DNA of 64,000 nucleotides from Vulcanimicrobiota bacterium (GCA_963820825.1 CAWGBN010000006.1:160001-224000); one strand, 5' to 3'. Shown: positions 38,890 through 49,676, numbered from the stretch's first letter. Notes: generated by a model not told the origin, from the sequence alone. A program made the numbers and translations.

Positions 38890-40736
38890 GCTCCGTGCGG
38901 CCGCCGCGGCCGAAGGCGTGGCAGGTTCCGGGCTGGCGCCTCGCCGCGTTCTGTGCGGTGGTTGCACTCGCGCTGATCGCGCTCGTGGTGCGGCTCGTGC
39001 AAGTGCAACTCATCGACGGCGCGCGCTATCGTGCGGCAGCGCAGGAGAATCAGGTCCGGTTGATTCCCGTCGCCGCGCCGCGGGGAATGATCTTCGATCG
39101 GCACGGCGCCGTGGTCGCACGCAGCCGTCCCTCGTTCGTCGTCGGTTTGATCCCGTCGGAGGTGACCGATGCGCCGCGCGAGCTCGCAACGCTGGCGAAT
39201 ATTCTCGGTGCCGGCACGCAGCCGATCTGGTACCGCCTGCTGCACCATCGCGGGATCAACTATTCGAGCTTCGACGAGGTCGTCGCAAACGAGCCCTACG
39301 GGCCGATTATCCTGGCACGGAACTTGCCGGTTGCCGCGGTCGCGCGGCTCTCGGAGGTGCTCAACGATCTTCCCGGCGTCGATCTGGAAGCGGAACCGGT
39401 GCGCGATTATCCGCAGGGTTCGATGGGCTCGCACCTCGTCGGTTACGTCGGCGCGATCACGCAAGAGGAGTACGAGCGTCTCAAATACGCCGGCTACTCA
39501 CCCAACGACGTGATCGGCAAGGACGGCTTGGAGTTCACGTACGACAAGTATTTGCGCGGAACGCCCGGTGGCCAGCGAGTCGTGGTCGACGCTGCGGGGG
39601 CGGTCGTGGCGAACGTCAAGCTCGCCTCGAAGGCTGCGGTACCCGGCGATACGCTCCTCACCAATCTCGATTGGCGATTGCAACGGATCGTCGAAGAGGC
39701 GCTCGCCGACGGAATCCGCGGGCGCAACCGCGCGCTCTCCGGCGCGGTCGTCGCCGAGGATCCGTGGACCGGAGGCATTCTCGCGCTCGCGAGCTATCCG
39801 AACTACAATCCCAACGACTTCACCGGCGATCGCTGGAAACGCATCGCCATCGACCTTACCGACCCGCGCCAACCGCTCTTCGATCGGGCGATCGCGGCCG
39901 CGACGCCGACGGGTTCGACCTTCAAAATGGTTACCGGCTCGGCCGCCCTGACCGAGGGCGTCGTGAAAGTCGATCAAGTGATCGACGACACCGGAGGCTG
40001 GAATTGCGGCGGGTACTACGCGCGCGACATCGCCGCCGGCGGTCTCGGCAACACGACCTTCGTGCCGGCGCTGGCGGCATCGAGCGACGGCTACTTCTTC
40101 CGCCTAGCATGGTGGCTGGGAAACGCGCGGCTGCGCAAGTACGCACTCGCCTTCGGTCTCAATGCAAAGACGGGCGTCGATCTCCCGGGCGAAAACGAGG
40201 GAAACTGGCCGACGAACGCCTGGGAGATGCGCGTCTTCGGCGTGCCGATGGAGCCGAGCGAGGCATGCTTCTTGGGCATCGGCCAAGGGGCGATGCAAGC
40301 GACGCCGCTGCAGATAACCAACGTCGCGTCGGCGGTGATCAACGGCGGGACGCTCTATCGCCCACGGGTGGTTCGCGAGATTCGCAGTCCGCGCGGAGAG
40401 ACCATCGCCCGGTTCGGGCCGCAGGTTATTCGCCGCGTTCCGGTCAGCGCGTCGTCGCTTGCCGCGGTGCGCTTGGGGATGGCGCGCGTTACCGATCCTG
40501 GCGGCACGGCCTATGGCTTAGCGATCGACGGTCTGCCGTTTTCGGGCAAGACCGGTACCGTTGAAACGGCGAATGGCAACGGCCCGAATACGACCTGGTT
40601 CGTCGCCTGGGCGCCGACCGCGCATCCGCGTCTGGCGCTCGCCGTTTTCGTCGATCGCAGCGGTGGTTACGGCGCGACCGTTGCCGCGCCGATCGCGCGC
40701 GAGATACTCGTCAAGTACTTCAACAAGAAACCGTAG
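38886..40736 (+). CDS. mrdA: Penicillin-binding protein 2
   Basis: APRGMIFDR, GSTFK (SxxK), SSD and GKTGT motifs; GTG overlaps the mreD stop. Confidence 0.94.
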   Translation: MSSVRPPRPKAWQVPGWRLAAFCAVVALALIALVVRLVQVQLIDGARYRAAAQENQVRLIPVAAPRGMIFDRHGAVVARSRPSFVVGLIPSEVTDAPRELATLANILGAGTQPIWYRLLHHRGINYSSFDEVVANEPYGPIILARNLPVAAVARLSEVLNDLPGVDLEAEPVRDYPQGSMGSHLVGYVGAITQEEYERLKYAGYSPNDVIGKDGLEFTYDKYLRGTPGGQRVVVDAAGAVVANVKLASKAAVPGDTLLTNLDWRLQRIVEEALADGIRGRNRALSGAVVAEDPWTGGILALASYPNYNPNDFTGDRWKRIAIDLTDPRQPLFDRAIAAATPTGSTFKMVTGSAALTEGVVKVDQVIDDTGGWNCGGYYARDIAAGGLGNTTFVPALAASSDGYFFRLAWWLGNARLRKYALAFGLNAKTGVDLPGENEGNWPTNAWEMRVFGVPMEPSEACFLGIGQGAMQATPLQITNVASAVINGGTLYRPRVVREIRSPRGETIARFGPQVIRRVPVSASSLAAVRLGMARVTDPGGTAYGLAIDGLPFSGKTGTVETANGNGPNTTWFVAWAPTAHPRLALAVFVDRSGGYGATVAAPIAREILVKYFNKKP

Positions 40737-40747
40737 CCGCGCCGCCG

Positions 40748-41131
40748 CTAGGCAAAGAGTTCGAGCGCCTGTGAAATCCGTCGCGTTCGCTCGCCGGGAT
40801 GCGCGTTGAAGTAGCGCTCGAGCGCGTCGCCGCGGTCGAGTTTTGCGAGCGCACGGGCGGCCGCCAGGCAGACGCCTTCTGAGGGATCGTCGAGCGCGCG
40901 CTCGAGCATCGCGCGTGACGGTTCGTCGTCGAAGGCGGCCAGCGCGAATACCAGATCGCACCGCTCGGCCTCGGTGAGCGCCGCGAACTCTTCGCCGGCG
41001 GCCGTCGCCCATGGCCGCGCCGGCAGTGAGATCACCGGTTGCGCGCGAGGGCGCCGAGTGAGAAGCAATGCGAGCGCGATGCAGGCCAGCGCGAGCAGCG
41101 CTACCGCGACGATCGCGATCGTGCTGGTCAA
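40748..41131 (-). CDS. Small membrane-anchored HEAT-repeat-like protein
   Basis: N-terminal TM; LERALDDPSEGVCLAAARALA. TTG overlaps the upstream TGA. Confidence 0.7.
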   Translation of the reverse strand: MTSTIAIVAVALLALACIALALLLTRRPRAQPVISLPARPWATAAGEEFAALTEAERCDLVFALAAFDDEPSRAMLERALDDPSEGVCLAAARALAKLDRGDALERYFNAHPGERTRRISQALELFA

Positions 41132-44100
41132 GCCTGCGCGGTCACGTGCAGCGAGGCGCACATCGCGTCGAGCGCCTCATCGAGCTCCGGGTCGTGGCGA
41201 TGCGCCAGCGCATCGATGAACTCGTTCGCTTCACCGGCTGCCAGCGCGTCGAACGATTCGATGAGACGCGCGCGGTATGCGGCATACGGCGGCTCGCCGT
41301 CGGGAAGCAGCCGCGCGAGGGCGGCCCACGGAAGCGCGCCGGCAACCTCGGCCGAATCGAGCCGCTCGGCAAAATCGTGCAGCTCGTCCCGGCCGGCGCT
41401 GCCGTTGAGCTCGAGCGTTGCCGACGGCGAACCCGTCGGAACCCCGTGCGCGGTCGCGGCTTCGTGGAGAAGACGCTCGATTGTGGCGCGCAGCGACGGG
41501 GTCTCGATGTCGCGCGGAGCGATCGCATAGCGCGGCAAACGCAGCTTGATAAAGAGCCGGTCGAACTCTTCGTGGAGGGACTCGCGCAGCGGCGCGAGCG
41601 CGCTGCAGTGTGCGTCGCCGATTGCACCGGGAAGGAAGGCGCGCACCGCAAAGAGGTGCGTGACCAATCCTTCGAAGCGCGCCTCGCGGAGAAACCGAAG
41701 TGTACGCGCCAGCTCGTCCGCGCCGAATCCGATCGTCGTTCCGACGCGCTCGGCACCCTCCGGCCGGACCGCTTCGACGGCTGCGCATGAGCTGCGCCGG
41801 ATAGGGCGCCCCGTTGCCGTCGCCGACCGGCGTCGCCGGCGGAAGCTCCAAGAACCGATCGGCCGCGATTGCGCGCGGCTCGCCGGCGAGCGGCGGGCCC
41901 GAGAACGCCGTCGAGTCCGAAGGGCAACCCGGGAATCGAGTTGGCAAAGAGCGGGGCGGCGCGCACCTTCAACTCGGGCGAAACGATGCACGTCTTCGCG
42001 GTCGCCGTCGTAGTCCAGGCGCGCGGTGTAGGCGATCGCTTCGCCCGCCGGCAGGCCGTTGTGCACGACGTCTCGCCAACCGATCGTCGCTTCGACGCCG
42101 GGGTCGACGTCGTTGAGCACGACGCCTTGCCCCGCAGCAAAGGGCGGTAGCGGCGCCGACGTCGCGGACCGGCACGTCGTTGACCGTCGTCGAGTTCGGC
42201 ACGTAGATAAGCGACATCGGGCTGATCGATCGCGATCCGCAGCGCGTCGCGCCAGCCCGTCGCCGCCGTTGCGCAGGTGCAGCACCCACTCTACCGTTTC
42301 GCCGACGTCGACGATCGTCGGCCGGTTCGCTGCGCAGCGTTCCGACCGAGAAGTCCGACTCGGCCAGCGTCGCGATCGTCAGGCGCGCGAGCGGCACGGG
42401 CAGCAGCGAGTCGGCGGTCAGCACGCCGTCGACGGTAACCGGATGCTCTTTGGCAAGGCTGCGCAGCAAGTCGCAGACCGAGGCGCGCTCGCGCGCGCGC
42501 GCCGGGCGATATCTCGCCGAAGAGTAGACGAGGAGCGTCTCGCGCGTCGCGCCTTCAACGCTCTCCAGCCGTGCCTCGGGCGAAATGTAGAGCCGCAGCG
42601 CAACGTTTTGGGCAACGTCGCTTCCGGCGTTCGTAACGCGAACGTCGATCTGCGCGAGTTGGTTCGGCCGAAGCGCCGCGTCGTCGGCGAGCTCGAGACG
42701 CGAGCTCTCCTCGCTGAAGACCGGATGCGAATCGACGCGCCAGAATGCGTCGCCGAGCGACGTTTCACCGAGTTCGCGCGTATGCAGGCTCGCACCGACG
42801 CGCAGCTCGGTGCGGTCGGAACAGGGTGCCGGAACGCGCGCGCGAATCGCGAGCCGGCGCGTCGACGTACGCGTCGAGCGCGCCGAGGTCGACGGTGTCG
42901 CGCTCCAACGCCAATCGGATGGTACCGTCGAAGACGGCGCACTTCGTTGAGCGCCGGCTCGATGCGCAGATGGAGAACGCCGTCGTCGCGCGGCGGCGCT
43001 GTCCGTCGTTGGTCACGTTCACGACGGCCTCGATCTGCTCGCCCGGACGTACGGTCGCGCTGCCGCGGCGTTCGATCGCGTTGCGGCGCGGCGCGAATGC
43101 CGGTTTCGGAGTGCACCGCGATGCTGCACTCCACTCGGCGCGCCGCGTCGGGCGGCGCGGGCTCCCACTCGAGCGTGGCGCTTGCCGTCAGCACGCTGCC
43201 GTCGGCGAGCGGCGATGCGACGATCGTTTCCACGCGCAGCGTTACCGCCTCGCCGGCGTCGATCTTTCCGAGGTGAAAGCGCGAGCGGTTCTTTCCGGCG
43301 TTCGCGCACCGGCTGTCCGTCGATGCTCGACGCGCCGCGCACCCAGACGAGCGCTTCGGGGAGCTCGATCGTTGCGTGCACGCGCTCGGCGCCGGCGCTT
43401 CCCGCGTTATGCGCGGTCAAGAGCAGCGCGACGCGCTCGCCGGGGCGCACGTTCGTCGCGGGTTCGGCGCTCAGCGCCGTGGCGTCGTCGCCGAACGCGG
43501 GCGCGGCGACGATCGTCAGCGAGCCCGGCTCGAGCGCGAAGCCGGGCGTCTCTTGCGACGCGACCTGCGCGCGCGCCGACGATCTGCGACTCGTTGGCCA
43601 GCGGCTTGTCGATGCGTATCCGGTAGACGAGCGTCGCCGACGCTCCGGCGGGCAGCATCCGCACCACGACCGGCGCGTAGATGCGGTCGAACGCGGAGCC
43701 GAGCTCGCGCTCGAACTCGCGCCCGTTGACGCGCACCGATCCGGGAACGTAGACGGCGTGCTCGGGAATCGGTACGACCGACGACGACGTCGTGCGCGCT
43801 CGATTCGCCCGGCGTTATGAATTCGCAGCGTGACCAGCGCCTCGGAACCCGGGCACCGGATCGTAGTGAGGCTCGATCGCGATCTGGGTCAACGCGTTGC
43901 GAAGCTGCGGACGGCTGCGCACGACCAATCGCACGACGTTCGAACCGACCGGCGCGAGCTCGAACGAAGCGACGCGCCGCCTGCAGCTCGACGATCGTTC
44001 CGTTCTCGATCGCGCCCGCGACGCTGTAGGCGATCTCGACGTGGCGCTCTTCGCCGGGAAGTACGTCGCCGATGTGCGCGCCGGTACGCGCGATCAGCGG

Positions 44101-44356
44101 CGAGTTACCGACGTCGTCGTCGAGATCGTTGCCGTCGAGCTCGCCCGCTGCCGACGAGATAGACCAGATCCGTCGGGGACGTTGAAACGCACGCGCACGC
44201 CGGTCGCCGTCGCACCGCCTTGGTTGCGAAAGGTGAACGTCGCGTCGCACCGTCATCCCAGGTTCCAACTCGCGGTCGGGCGAAACGACGAGCGTTCGGA
44301 GGCCCTCGGGCAGCGTCGGTGCTCCTGGCGCGAAGACTTCCGACAGAGGTGCGCAT
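41128..44356 (-). pseudogene. Large DUF11-like Ig-repeat protein broken by many frameshifts (probably sequencing errors)
   Basis: Repeated PG-x-...-(H/R/T)N-x-G...A..V......P....Y(V)PGS...G units are spread across several frames (e.g. VRPGERVALLLTAHNAGSAGAERV, AVYVPGSVRVNG). Confidence 0.7.
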
Positions 44357-44420
44357 GACGCGGGGACGTTTCGCCGCCCGCGCAGGCGTGCTCCCGCGAC
44401 AGCAGTAGGAAGGAGTCACA

Positions 44421-45626
44421 ATGCTCGCAGTTCACGAAGATCGGCATCGCCGCCGCCGTCGAACGGCTCGGCTCCGAGAACGCCTTCGAAGTGCTCGCGC
44501 GCGCGCGCCAGCTCGAAGCGCAGGGCCGGCGCGTCGTGCATATGGAGATCGGCGAACCCGACTTCGATACGCCCGAGCATATCAAGAAGGCAGCGGTCGA
44601 CGCGCTCTACGACAACCACACGCACTATACGCCGTCGGCGGGCATGCCCTCGCTGCGCGCCGACGATCGCCGAGTACGCGAGCCGGTTCCGCCACATAAC
44701 GCCGGCGTGGGGCGCCGGAGAACGTCGTCGTGGCGCCCGGCGCCAAACCGGTCATTTGGAATATCGTTGTCGCGCGCTGCTCGATCCGGGCGACGAGTTC
44801 GTCTACTTCGACCCGGCCTATCCGGCCTATGCGTCGTGCGCGAGCTATCATGCAAGCGAACGTCCATGCGATACCGCTGCTCGAGTCGCGAAACTGGCGG
44901 ATGGATCTCGACGAGCTGGCGCGGCGTGTCTCCTCGAAGACCAAAGTCGTGGTCATCAACTCGCCGCATAATCCGACCGGCGGCGTGCTGACCACGAGCG
45001 ACCTCGAGCTCATTGCCGAGCTGGCCCAGCGCCACGATTTCCTCGTTCTCGCCGACGAGATCTACAGCCGCAACTTCTATCTCGGCACCGAGTACGTCTC
45101 GATCGCCTCGCTTGCCGGGGATGCGCGAGCGCACGATCGTCGTCGACGGTTTTTCGAAGGCCTACGCGATGACCGGTTGGCGACTCGGATACGCGATCAT
45201 GCCCGAGCGCCTTGCAAAGACGGTGACGCTCTTCAACAACAACACGTTCAGCTGCGTCGCGACCTTCGTGCAGATGGCCGGAATCGCCGCGCTGACCGGA
45301 ACCGACGAGCCCGTGCTGCGCATGAACGAGATCTTCCGCGCCGCGCCGCGACCGCCTCGTGAACGGTCTCAACGAAATCCCCGGCATCTCGTGCACGCTG
45401 CCCGAAGGCGCATTCTACGCCTTCCCCAACGTCATCGTCGATCACGCAGGACGACCGCGCGCTCGCGAAGTTCTTGCTCGAGGAAGGCGGCGTCGCGTGC
45501 GGCGGCGGCTCGTCGTTCGGCGCGGCCGGCAAAGGCTATCTGCGCTTCTCCTACGCGGCCTCGCTGGAGGATATCGACTGGGCGCTCCAATCGATCCGAG
45601 AGACGCTGCCGAAGTTTAAAGGTTAG
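44421..45626 (+). pseudogene. PLP-dependent aminotransferase class I/II broken by multiple frameshifts (probably sequencing errors)
   Basis: IGEPDFDTP, LLDPGDE, INSPHNPTG, ADEIY, GFSKAYAMTGWRLGY, PEGAFYAFP and YLRFSYA occur in different frames. RBS AGGAAGGAG precedes the ATG. Confidence 0.85.
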
Positions 45627-45963
45627 CTTTACGCAGAGCCGCCGCGACGTCGGGGCGGCTCCGCGCGAGCCATTCCAGCGCCGCGGCCGCGTCTACGGAA
45701 CATCGGAAGCCGCTTCGCAGTCCGCCGTGTCGAAGGTACATGACGTACTGCAGCACGTCGGCTAGGGCATCGTTTGCGGCAAGGCAGTGGGCGGCAAGGT
45801 CGCGGGCGAAGCGATCTCCGCGCCACGAGTCGCGAGCCAACGCGACGATCGTCTCCGCCGGAGCGGTTGCGAACCATCCGCTGGCGTCCAACTCGGCGCG
45901 CTTCGCGAAATCGCTGCTGGAAATCGCCGCCGGAATCGCCGGGCGGCGCACTCGTTTTGCCAC
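45616..45963 (-). CDS. Hypothetical protein (~115 aa)
   Basis: GTG start; protein-like helical composition (ELDASGWF...ALEWLARSRPDV); fills the gap convergent with the aminotransferase. Confidence 0.55.
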   Translation of the reverse strand: MAKRVRRPAIPAAISSSDFAKRAELDASGWFATAPAETIVALARDSWRGDRFARDLAAHCLAANDALADVLQYVMYLRHGGLRSGFRCSVDAAAALEWLARSRPDVAAALRKANL

Positions 45964-46013
45964 CGTTTCGCACCATACACCGCGGCGCTGCTGCGCGGCA
46001 TCCGCCGATCGGA

Positions 46014-46187
46014 CTATCCGGACGGACTGAAATGCTCGGGCCAAATCTCCGGCGCGATCGCGCGCAGGAGGGCGCCGTGCTCCGCCGGCCGGCCCTCTTG
46101 CTGATCGTAGGCCATAATGAGCAGCAACTTTTGAACGACCCGAAGATCTTCGTGCAGCTGCGCCGGGTCAAACGATGGGTCGGGCAT
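46014..46187 (-). CDS. Small hypothetical protein (57 aa), below the ORF-track cut-off
   Basis: AAAGGA RBS, then MPDPSFDPAQLHEDLRVVQKLLLIMAYDQQEGRPAEHGALLRAIAPEIWPEHFSPSG*. Confidence 0.55.
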   Translation of the reverse strand: MPDPSFDPAQLHEDLRVVQKLLLIMAYDQQEGRPAEHGALLRAIAPEIWPEHFSPSG

Positions 46188-46230
46188 TCGGGTTCCTTTC
46201 CGATGAAGTTCTTTTTTGGGAGGTCTAGAG

Positions 46231-47229
46231 TCAGATTAGTTTCATCGCCCGTTTGACGTCGGCCAGCACGCCGGCGGCGATCTCGCGTGCGCGAACGGTA
46301 CCGTCGGCGATGATCCCCTCGACCAACCCGGGCTCGCTGCGGTAGGCGTGGTAGCGCTCGCGCACCGGCCGCAAATAGAGGTTGAGCTGTTCGGCGAAGT
46401 CCGTCTTGTCCGCAACGCATCCGAGTGCGCCCGAGCGGCACTCGGCGGCGATGCCGTCGAGTTTGAGCGGATTGACGAAGCGCCACAAGGCGAAGAGCGG
46501 GCAGATCTCCGGGCGTCCGGGATCGCCGCGCCGGACCTTGAGCGGATCGGTCATCATCGCGCGGACTCTTTTCGTCGTCGTCTCTTCGTCGTCGGCGATG
46601 AAGATGGCGTTGTCGTAGGATTTGCTCATCTTTCGGCCGTCGGTGCCCGGCACTTCCGGAAACTCCGAGAGCGTCGCCTGCGGCTCGACCAAGATCGTCG
46701 CTCCGTTGCCGTAGAGATAGTTGAAGCGGCGCACGATCTCGCGTCCCAGCTCGAGATGGGCGACCTGATCGCGTCCGACCGGCACGTACTCGCCGCGAAA
46801 GATCGCGATATCGCAGAGCTGCAAGAGCGGGTAACCGAGGAACCCGTAGGTCGCGATCTTCTGCCCGAGCGCCTCGATTTGGCCCTTGTATGTCGGCACG
46901 CGCTCGAGCCAGGAGACCGGCGTAATCATCGCGAGCAGCGCCTGCAGCTCGCCGATCTCGGGAACGCCCGACTGCAAGAAGATCGTCGCGCGTTGCGGAT
47001 CGACGCCTGCGGCGAGCCAAACGGCGACCATCTCGTCGCGCGCACCGCGAATCTTTGAGGGATCGTCGAAGTCGGTCGTATACGCGTGCAGATCGGCGAT
47101 CTCGAAGAAGGCGTCGGCCGTATCGCAGTAGTTCGCCCACTGCGTGAGCACGCCGACCAAATGGCCGAGATGGAGGTCGCCGGTCGGGCGCATGCCCGAC
47201 ATCACGCGCGGCTTCTGCGATTGCGACAT
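46231..47229 (-). CDS. trpS: Tryptophan--tRNA ligase
   Basis: SGMRPTGDLHLGH, IADLHAYT, GYPLLQ, VPVGRDQ and KMSKS motifs. Confidence 0.97.
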   Translation of the reverse strand: MSQSQKPRVMSGMRPTGDLHLGHLVGVLTQWANYCDTADAFFEIADLHAYTTDFDDPSKIRGARDEMVAVWLAAGVDPQRATIFLQSGVPEIGELQALLAMITPVSWLERVPTYKGQIEALGQKIATYGFLGYPLLQLCDIAIFRGEYVPVGRDQVAHLELGREIVRRFNYLYGNGATILVEPQATLSEFPEVPGTDGRKMSKSYDNAIFIADDEETTTKRVRAMMTDPLKVRRGDPGRPEICPLFALWRFVNPLKLDGIAAECRSGALGCVADKTDFAEQLNLYLRPVRERYHAYRSEPGLVEGIIADGTVRAREIAAGVLADVKRAMKLI

Positions 47230-47269
47230 CACCGGCGCCAAGTACTGAAGATCGAAGGCGAAATCATCC

Positions 47270-48001
47270 TCAATGGCGCGCCAGCTGCGCGCGCACGAAG
47301 GCCCGCGCCGCGCGAACCGCGTGCGCGATCGGCGTTCCGGCCGCGAGCTCGCACGCGAGCGCCATCGCGAGGGTGCAGCCGGTTCCGTGCATCGAGCCGG
47401 CGATCCGCGCCTCGCTGAAGATCTCGACGCCCTCGACGGTGGCAAGCGCGTCGGCCGGATCGCCGTCGAGATGGCCGCCCTTGAGCAAGACCGCGGCCGC
47501 TCCGAACGCGCGCAAAGAGACGGCGGCCTCGCCGATTGCGTCGCGACCGATCGCCGGAGCTCCGAGCAAGAAGGCGGCCTCGTCGAGATTCGGGGTGAGG
47601 ACGACGCTGCCAAGACTCACGAGCTCGTCGCGAACCGCGCAGCACGCGGCGCTCTCGGCGAGCTCGCCCCCGCTGCTCGCACTAAAGACCGGATCGACGA
47701 CCGCCGGGAGCCACGGGCGCAGGCGCAACGGCTCGGCGACGGCCCGCACGGCCGCGACCGTCGGCAAGGCACCGACGCGAACCGCCCCGGCTGCCTCCCA
47801 TGGCAGCGTCGCGAGCTGTGCGGCCAGAACGTCGGCTGGAATCGCATGGAGCGCCGTTACTCCCCGTCCATCTTGGGCGCTGACCGCGGCGACTGCGGTG
47901 AAGACCCGCACGCCAAACTCGCCCGCCACGACGATATCGCGGCCGACGCCTGCAACGTTCCACGGATGCGTCGTACCGATCGAGAGGACGATCGCGCTCA
48001 C
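47270..48001 (-). CDS. thiD: Hydroxymethylpyrimidine/phosphomethylpyrimidine kinase family
   Basis: VVDPV, LTPNLDEA, LLKGGH and HGTGCTLA motifs; coupled to thiE. Confidence 0.85.
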   Translation of the reverse strand: MSAIVLSIGTTHPWNVAGVGRDIVVAGEFGVRVFTAVAAVSAQDGRGVTALHAIPADVLAAQLATLPWEAAGAVRVGALPTVAAVRAVAEPLRLRPWLPAVVDPVFSASSGGELAESAACCAVRDELVSLGSVVLTPNLDEAAFLLGAPAIGRDAIGEAAVSLRAFGAAAVLLKGGHLDGDPADALATVEGVEIFSEARIAGSMHGTGCTLAMALACELAAGTPIAHAVRAARAFVRAQLARH

Positions 48002-48630
48002 GCCGCCCTCTTCCACGCGTTCACGAGCTCGGCAGCGGCCGAAAACGGGTCGGCGGCGCCGGCGATCGCCGAGATGACTGCGGCCATCGCCGCGCCGGAG
48101 CGCCGCACCTCGCCAAGCCGCTGCGCGTCGATTCCGCCGATCGCCGCGACGGGCACCCGGCTCGCGCCGGCGAGCGCGCGCAGCCCCGCGCTTCCGATCG
48201 GGCTGCCCGCATCGGATTTCGAGTACGTTGCGTAGACCGAACCGATGCCGAGATAGTCGACGTCGCTCGCGTTTGCGGCGCGTACTTCAGCGATCGTACC
48301 GCACGAGAGCCCGACGAGCCGTTCGCGCAGCGCTTGCCGAACCGGCGCGAGGCGATCGAACCCGGCATCGCCGGGGCCAAGATGGACGCCGTCGCAATCG
48401 TACTCGAGCGCGGCCTTCCAGTCGTCGTTCACGACGAGCAGCGCGCCGCATTCGCGCGTCAGCGCGCGCAGCGCTCGAATACGATCGCCGTCGATGCCCT
48501 TTTTCGCGCGGTATTGCACGAGTCGCACGCCCGCAGCGAGTACCGCTCCTGCGAGTTCGAGCGCGCGCGGCTCTTCGTTGACGATGACGTAGATTCCACG
48601 GAGCAGCTCGGCGCGCTGCGAACGCGTCAT
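47998..48630 (-). CDS. thiE: Thiamine phosphate synthase
   Basis: VQYRAK, VVNDD, DGVHLG, DYLGIG, ATYSK and AIGGI motifs. Confidence 0.93.
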   Translation of the reverse strand: MTRSQRAELLRGIYVIVNEEPRALELAGAVLAAGVRLVQYRAKKGIDGDRIRALRALTRECGALLVVNDDWKAALEYDCDGVHLGPGDAGFDRLAPVRQALRERLVGLSCGTIAEVRAANASDVDYLGIGSVYATYSKSDAGSPIGSAGLRALAGASRVPVAAIGGIDAQRLGEVRRSGAAMAAVISAIAGAADPFSAAAELVNAWKRAA

Positions 48631-48806
48631 TCGCCCCGTCGCGTGCGCTGCCACAGCATCACGTTTGCAGTGAGATAGCCAAAGAAGACGACGACGACGA
48701 GAAGTGCGACCCACGCGTGATGCGTTGCGAACGACATCGGCACGAGAAATGCAAAGCAGAGAACCGCGGCCATCAGCAACGCAATGATGCGCGAAAAGGG
48801 AAGCAC
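48627..48806 (-). CDS. Small two-TM membrane protein (59 aa), below the ORF-track cut-off
   Basis: MLPFSRIIALLMAAVLCFAFLVPMSFATHHAWVALLVVVVFFGYLTANVMLWQRTRRGE*; exactly fills the parB-thiE gap with an ATGA overlap. Confidence 0.75.
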   Translation of the reverse strand: MLPFSRIIALLMAAVLCFAFLVPMSFATHHAWVALLVVVVFFGYLTANVMLWQRTRRGE

Positions 48807-48812
48807 GCGCCG

Positions 48813-49676
48813 CTACTCTTCTTCTATGCCGAGCAGGAGATCGCCGAGGCGTTGCAACTCCTCGTCGCCGGAGAAGCGGAGCTCGATCCGGCCGCCGCGC
48901 CCCTGCCGAACGAGTGCGGCGGGGACGCCGAACCGCTCGCGCAGGCGCGCTTCGAAATCGCGCTCGTCGGGGGAGAGCGCGCGGACCGCCGGACTCTTCG
49001 GCGGCGTCTCCGCGGCGGAGGCTGCGAGCCGCTCGAGCGCCCGCACGGACAAGGCTTCGTTGGCGGCACGCTGCGCGAGCACGACCCGCTGCGCCTCCGG
49101 GGCCGAGAGCAGCGCCCGAGCGTGGCCGGCGGAGAGCCGGCCGTCGACGAGCATCGTCTTGATCGCGTCGGCGAGCGAGAGGAGACGCAGGGTATTGGCG
49201 ACGGTGGGCCGGCTCTTCCCGAGCCGCCGTGCGAGCTCTTCCTGCGTCAGGTCGTACTCGTCGAGGAGGTACTGAAAGCCGGCGGCCTCTTCGAGCGGAT
49301 TGAGATTCTCGCGCTGCAGATTCTCTACGATCGCAAACTCGAGCGTCTGACGGTCGTCGCTCGTACGGACGATCGCCGGAATCGTCGCACGCATCAGCGC
49401 GGCGCAGGCGCGCCACCGCCGTTCGCCGGCGATGAGCTCGTAGCCGTCGCCGCGGCGCCGAACGATGATCGGCACCAGCACGCCGTACTCCGCAATCGAC
49501 CTCTTGAGCTCGTCGAGCGTAGCGCTGTCGAAACTCTTGCGCGGCTGAAATGGGTTCGGCGTGATTTCGGCGACGGGAATTTCGCGCACGACTTCGTGCG
49601 AGCTCGCGACCGGCACCGCCGTATCGCCGAGCAACGCCGCCAAACCGCGGCCCAGACCGCGTTTCGGCTCGCTCAT
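48813..49676 (-). CDS. parB: ParB/Spo0J partition protein
   Basis: KRGLGRGL, NPFQPRK, IAGERRWRA, ENLQRENL and GKSRPTVANTLRL motifs. Confidence 0.97.
   Translation of the reverse strand: MSEPKRGLGRGLAALLGDTAVPVASSHEVVREIPVAEITPNPFQPRKSFDSATLDELKRSIAEYGVLVPIIVRRRGDGYELIAGERRWRACAALMRATIPAIVRTSDDRQTLEFAIVENLQRENLNPLEEAAGFQYLLDEYDLTQEELARRLGKSRPTVANTLRLLSLADAIKTMLVDGRLSAGHARALLSAPEAQRVVLAQRAANEALSVRALERLAASAAETPPKSPAVRALSPDERDFEARLRERFGVPAALVRQGRGGRIELRFSGDEELQRLGDLLLGIEEE

Noticed and set aside
41128..45626. Programmed frameshifting or phase variation
   Set aside because: Indels are numerous, scattered and not at long slippery tracts; sequencing error is simpler.
47230..48812. T-box before trpS or TPP riboswitch before thiE/thiD
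   Set aside because: The gaps are only about 40 bp or filled by overlapping ORFs; no T-box or THI-box motif seen.
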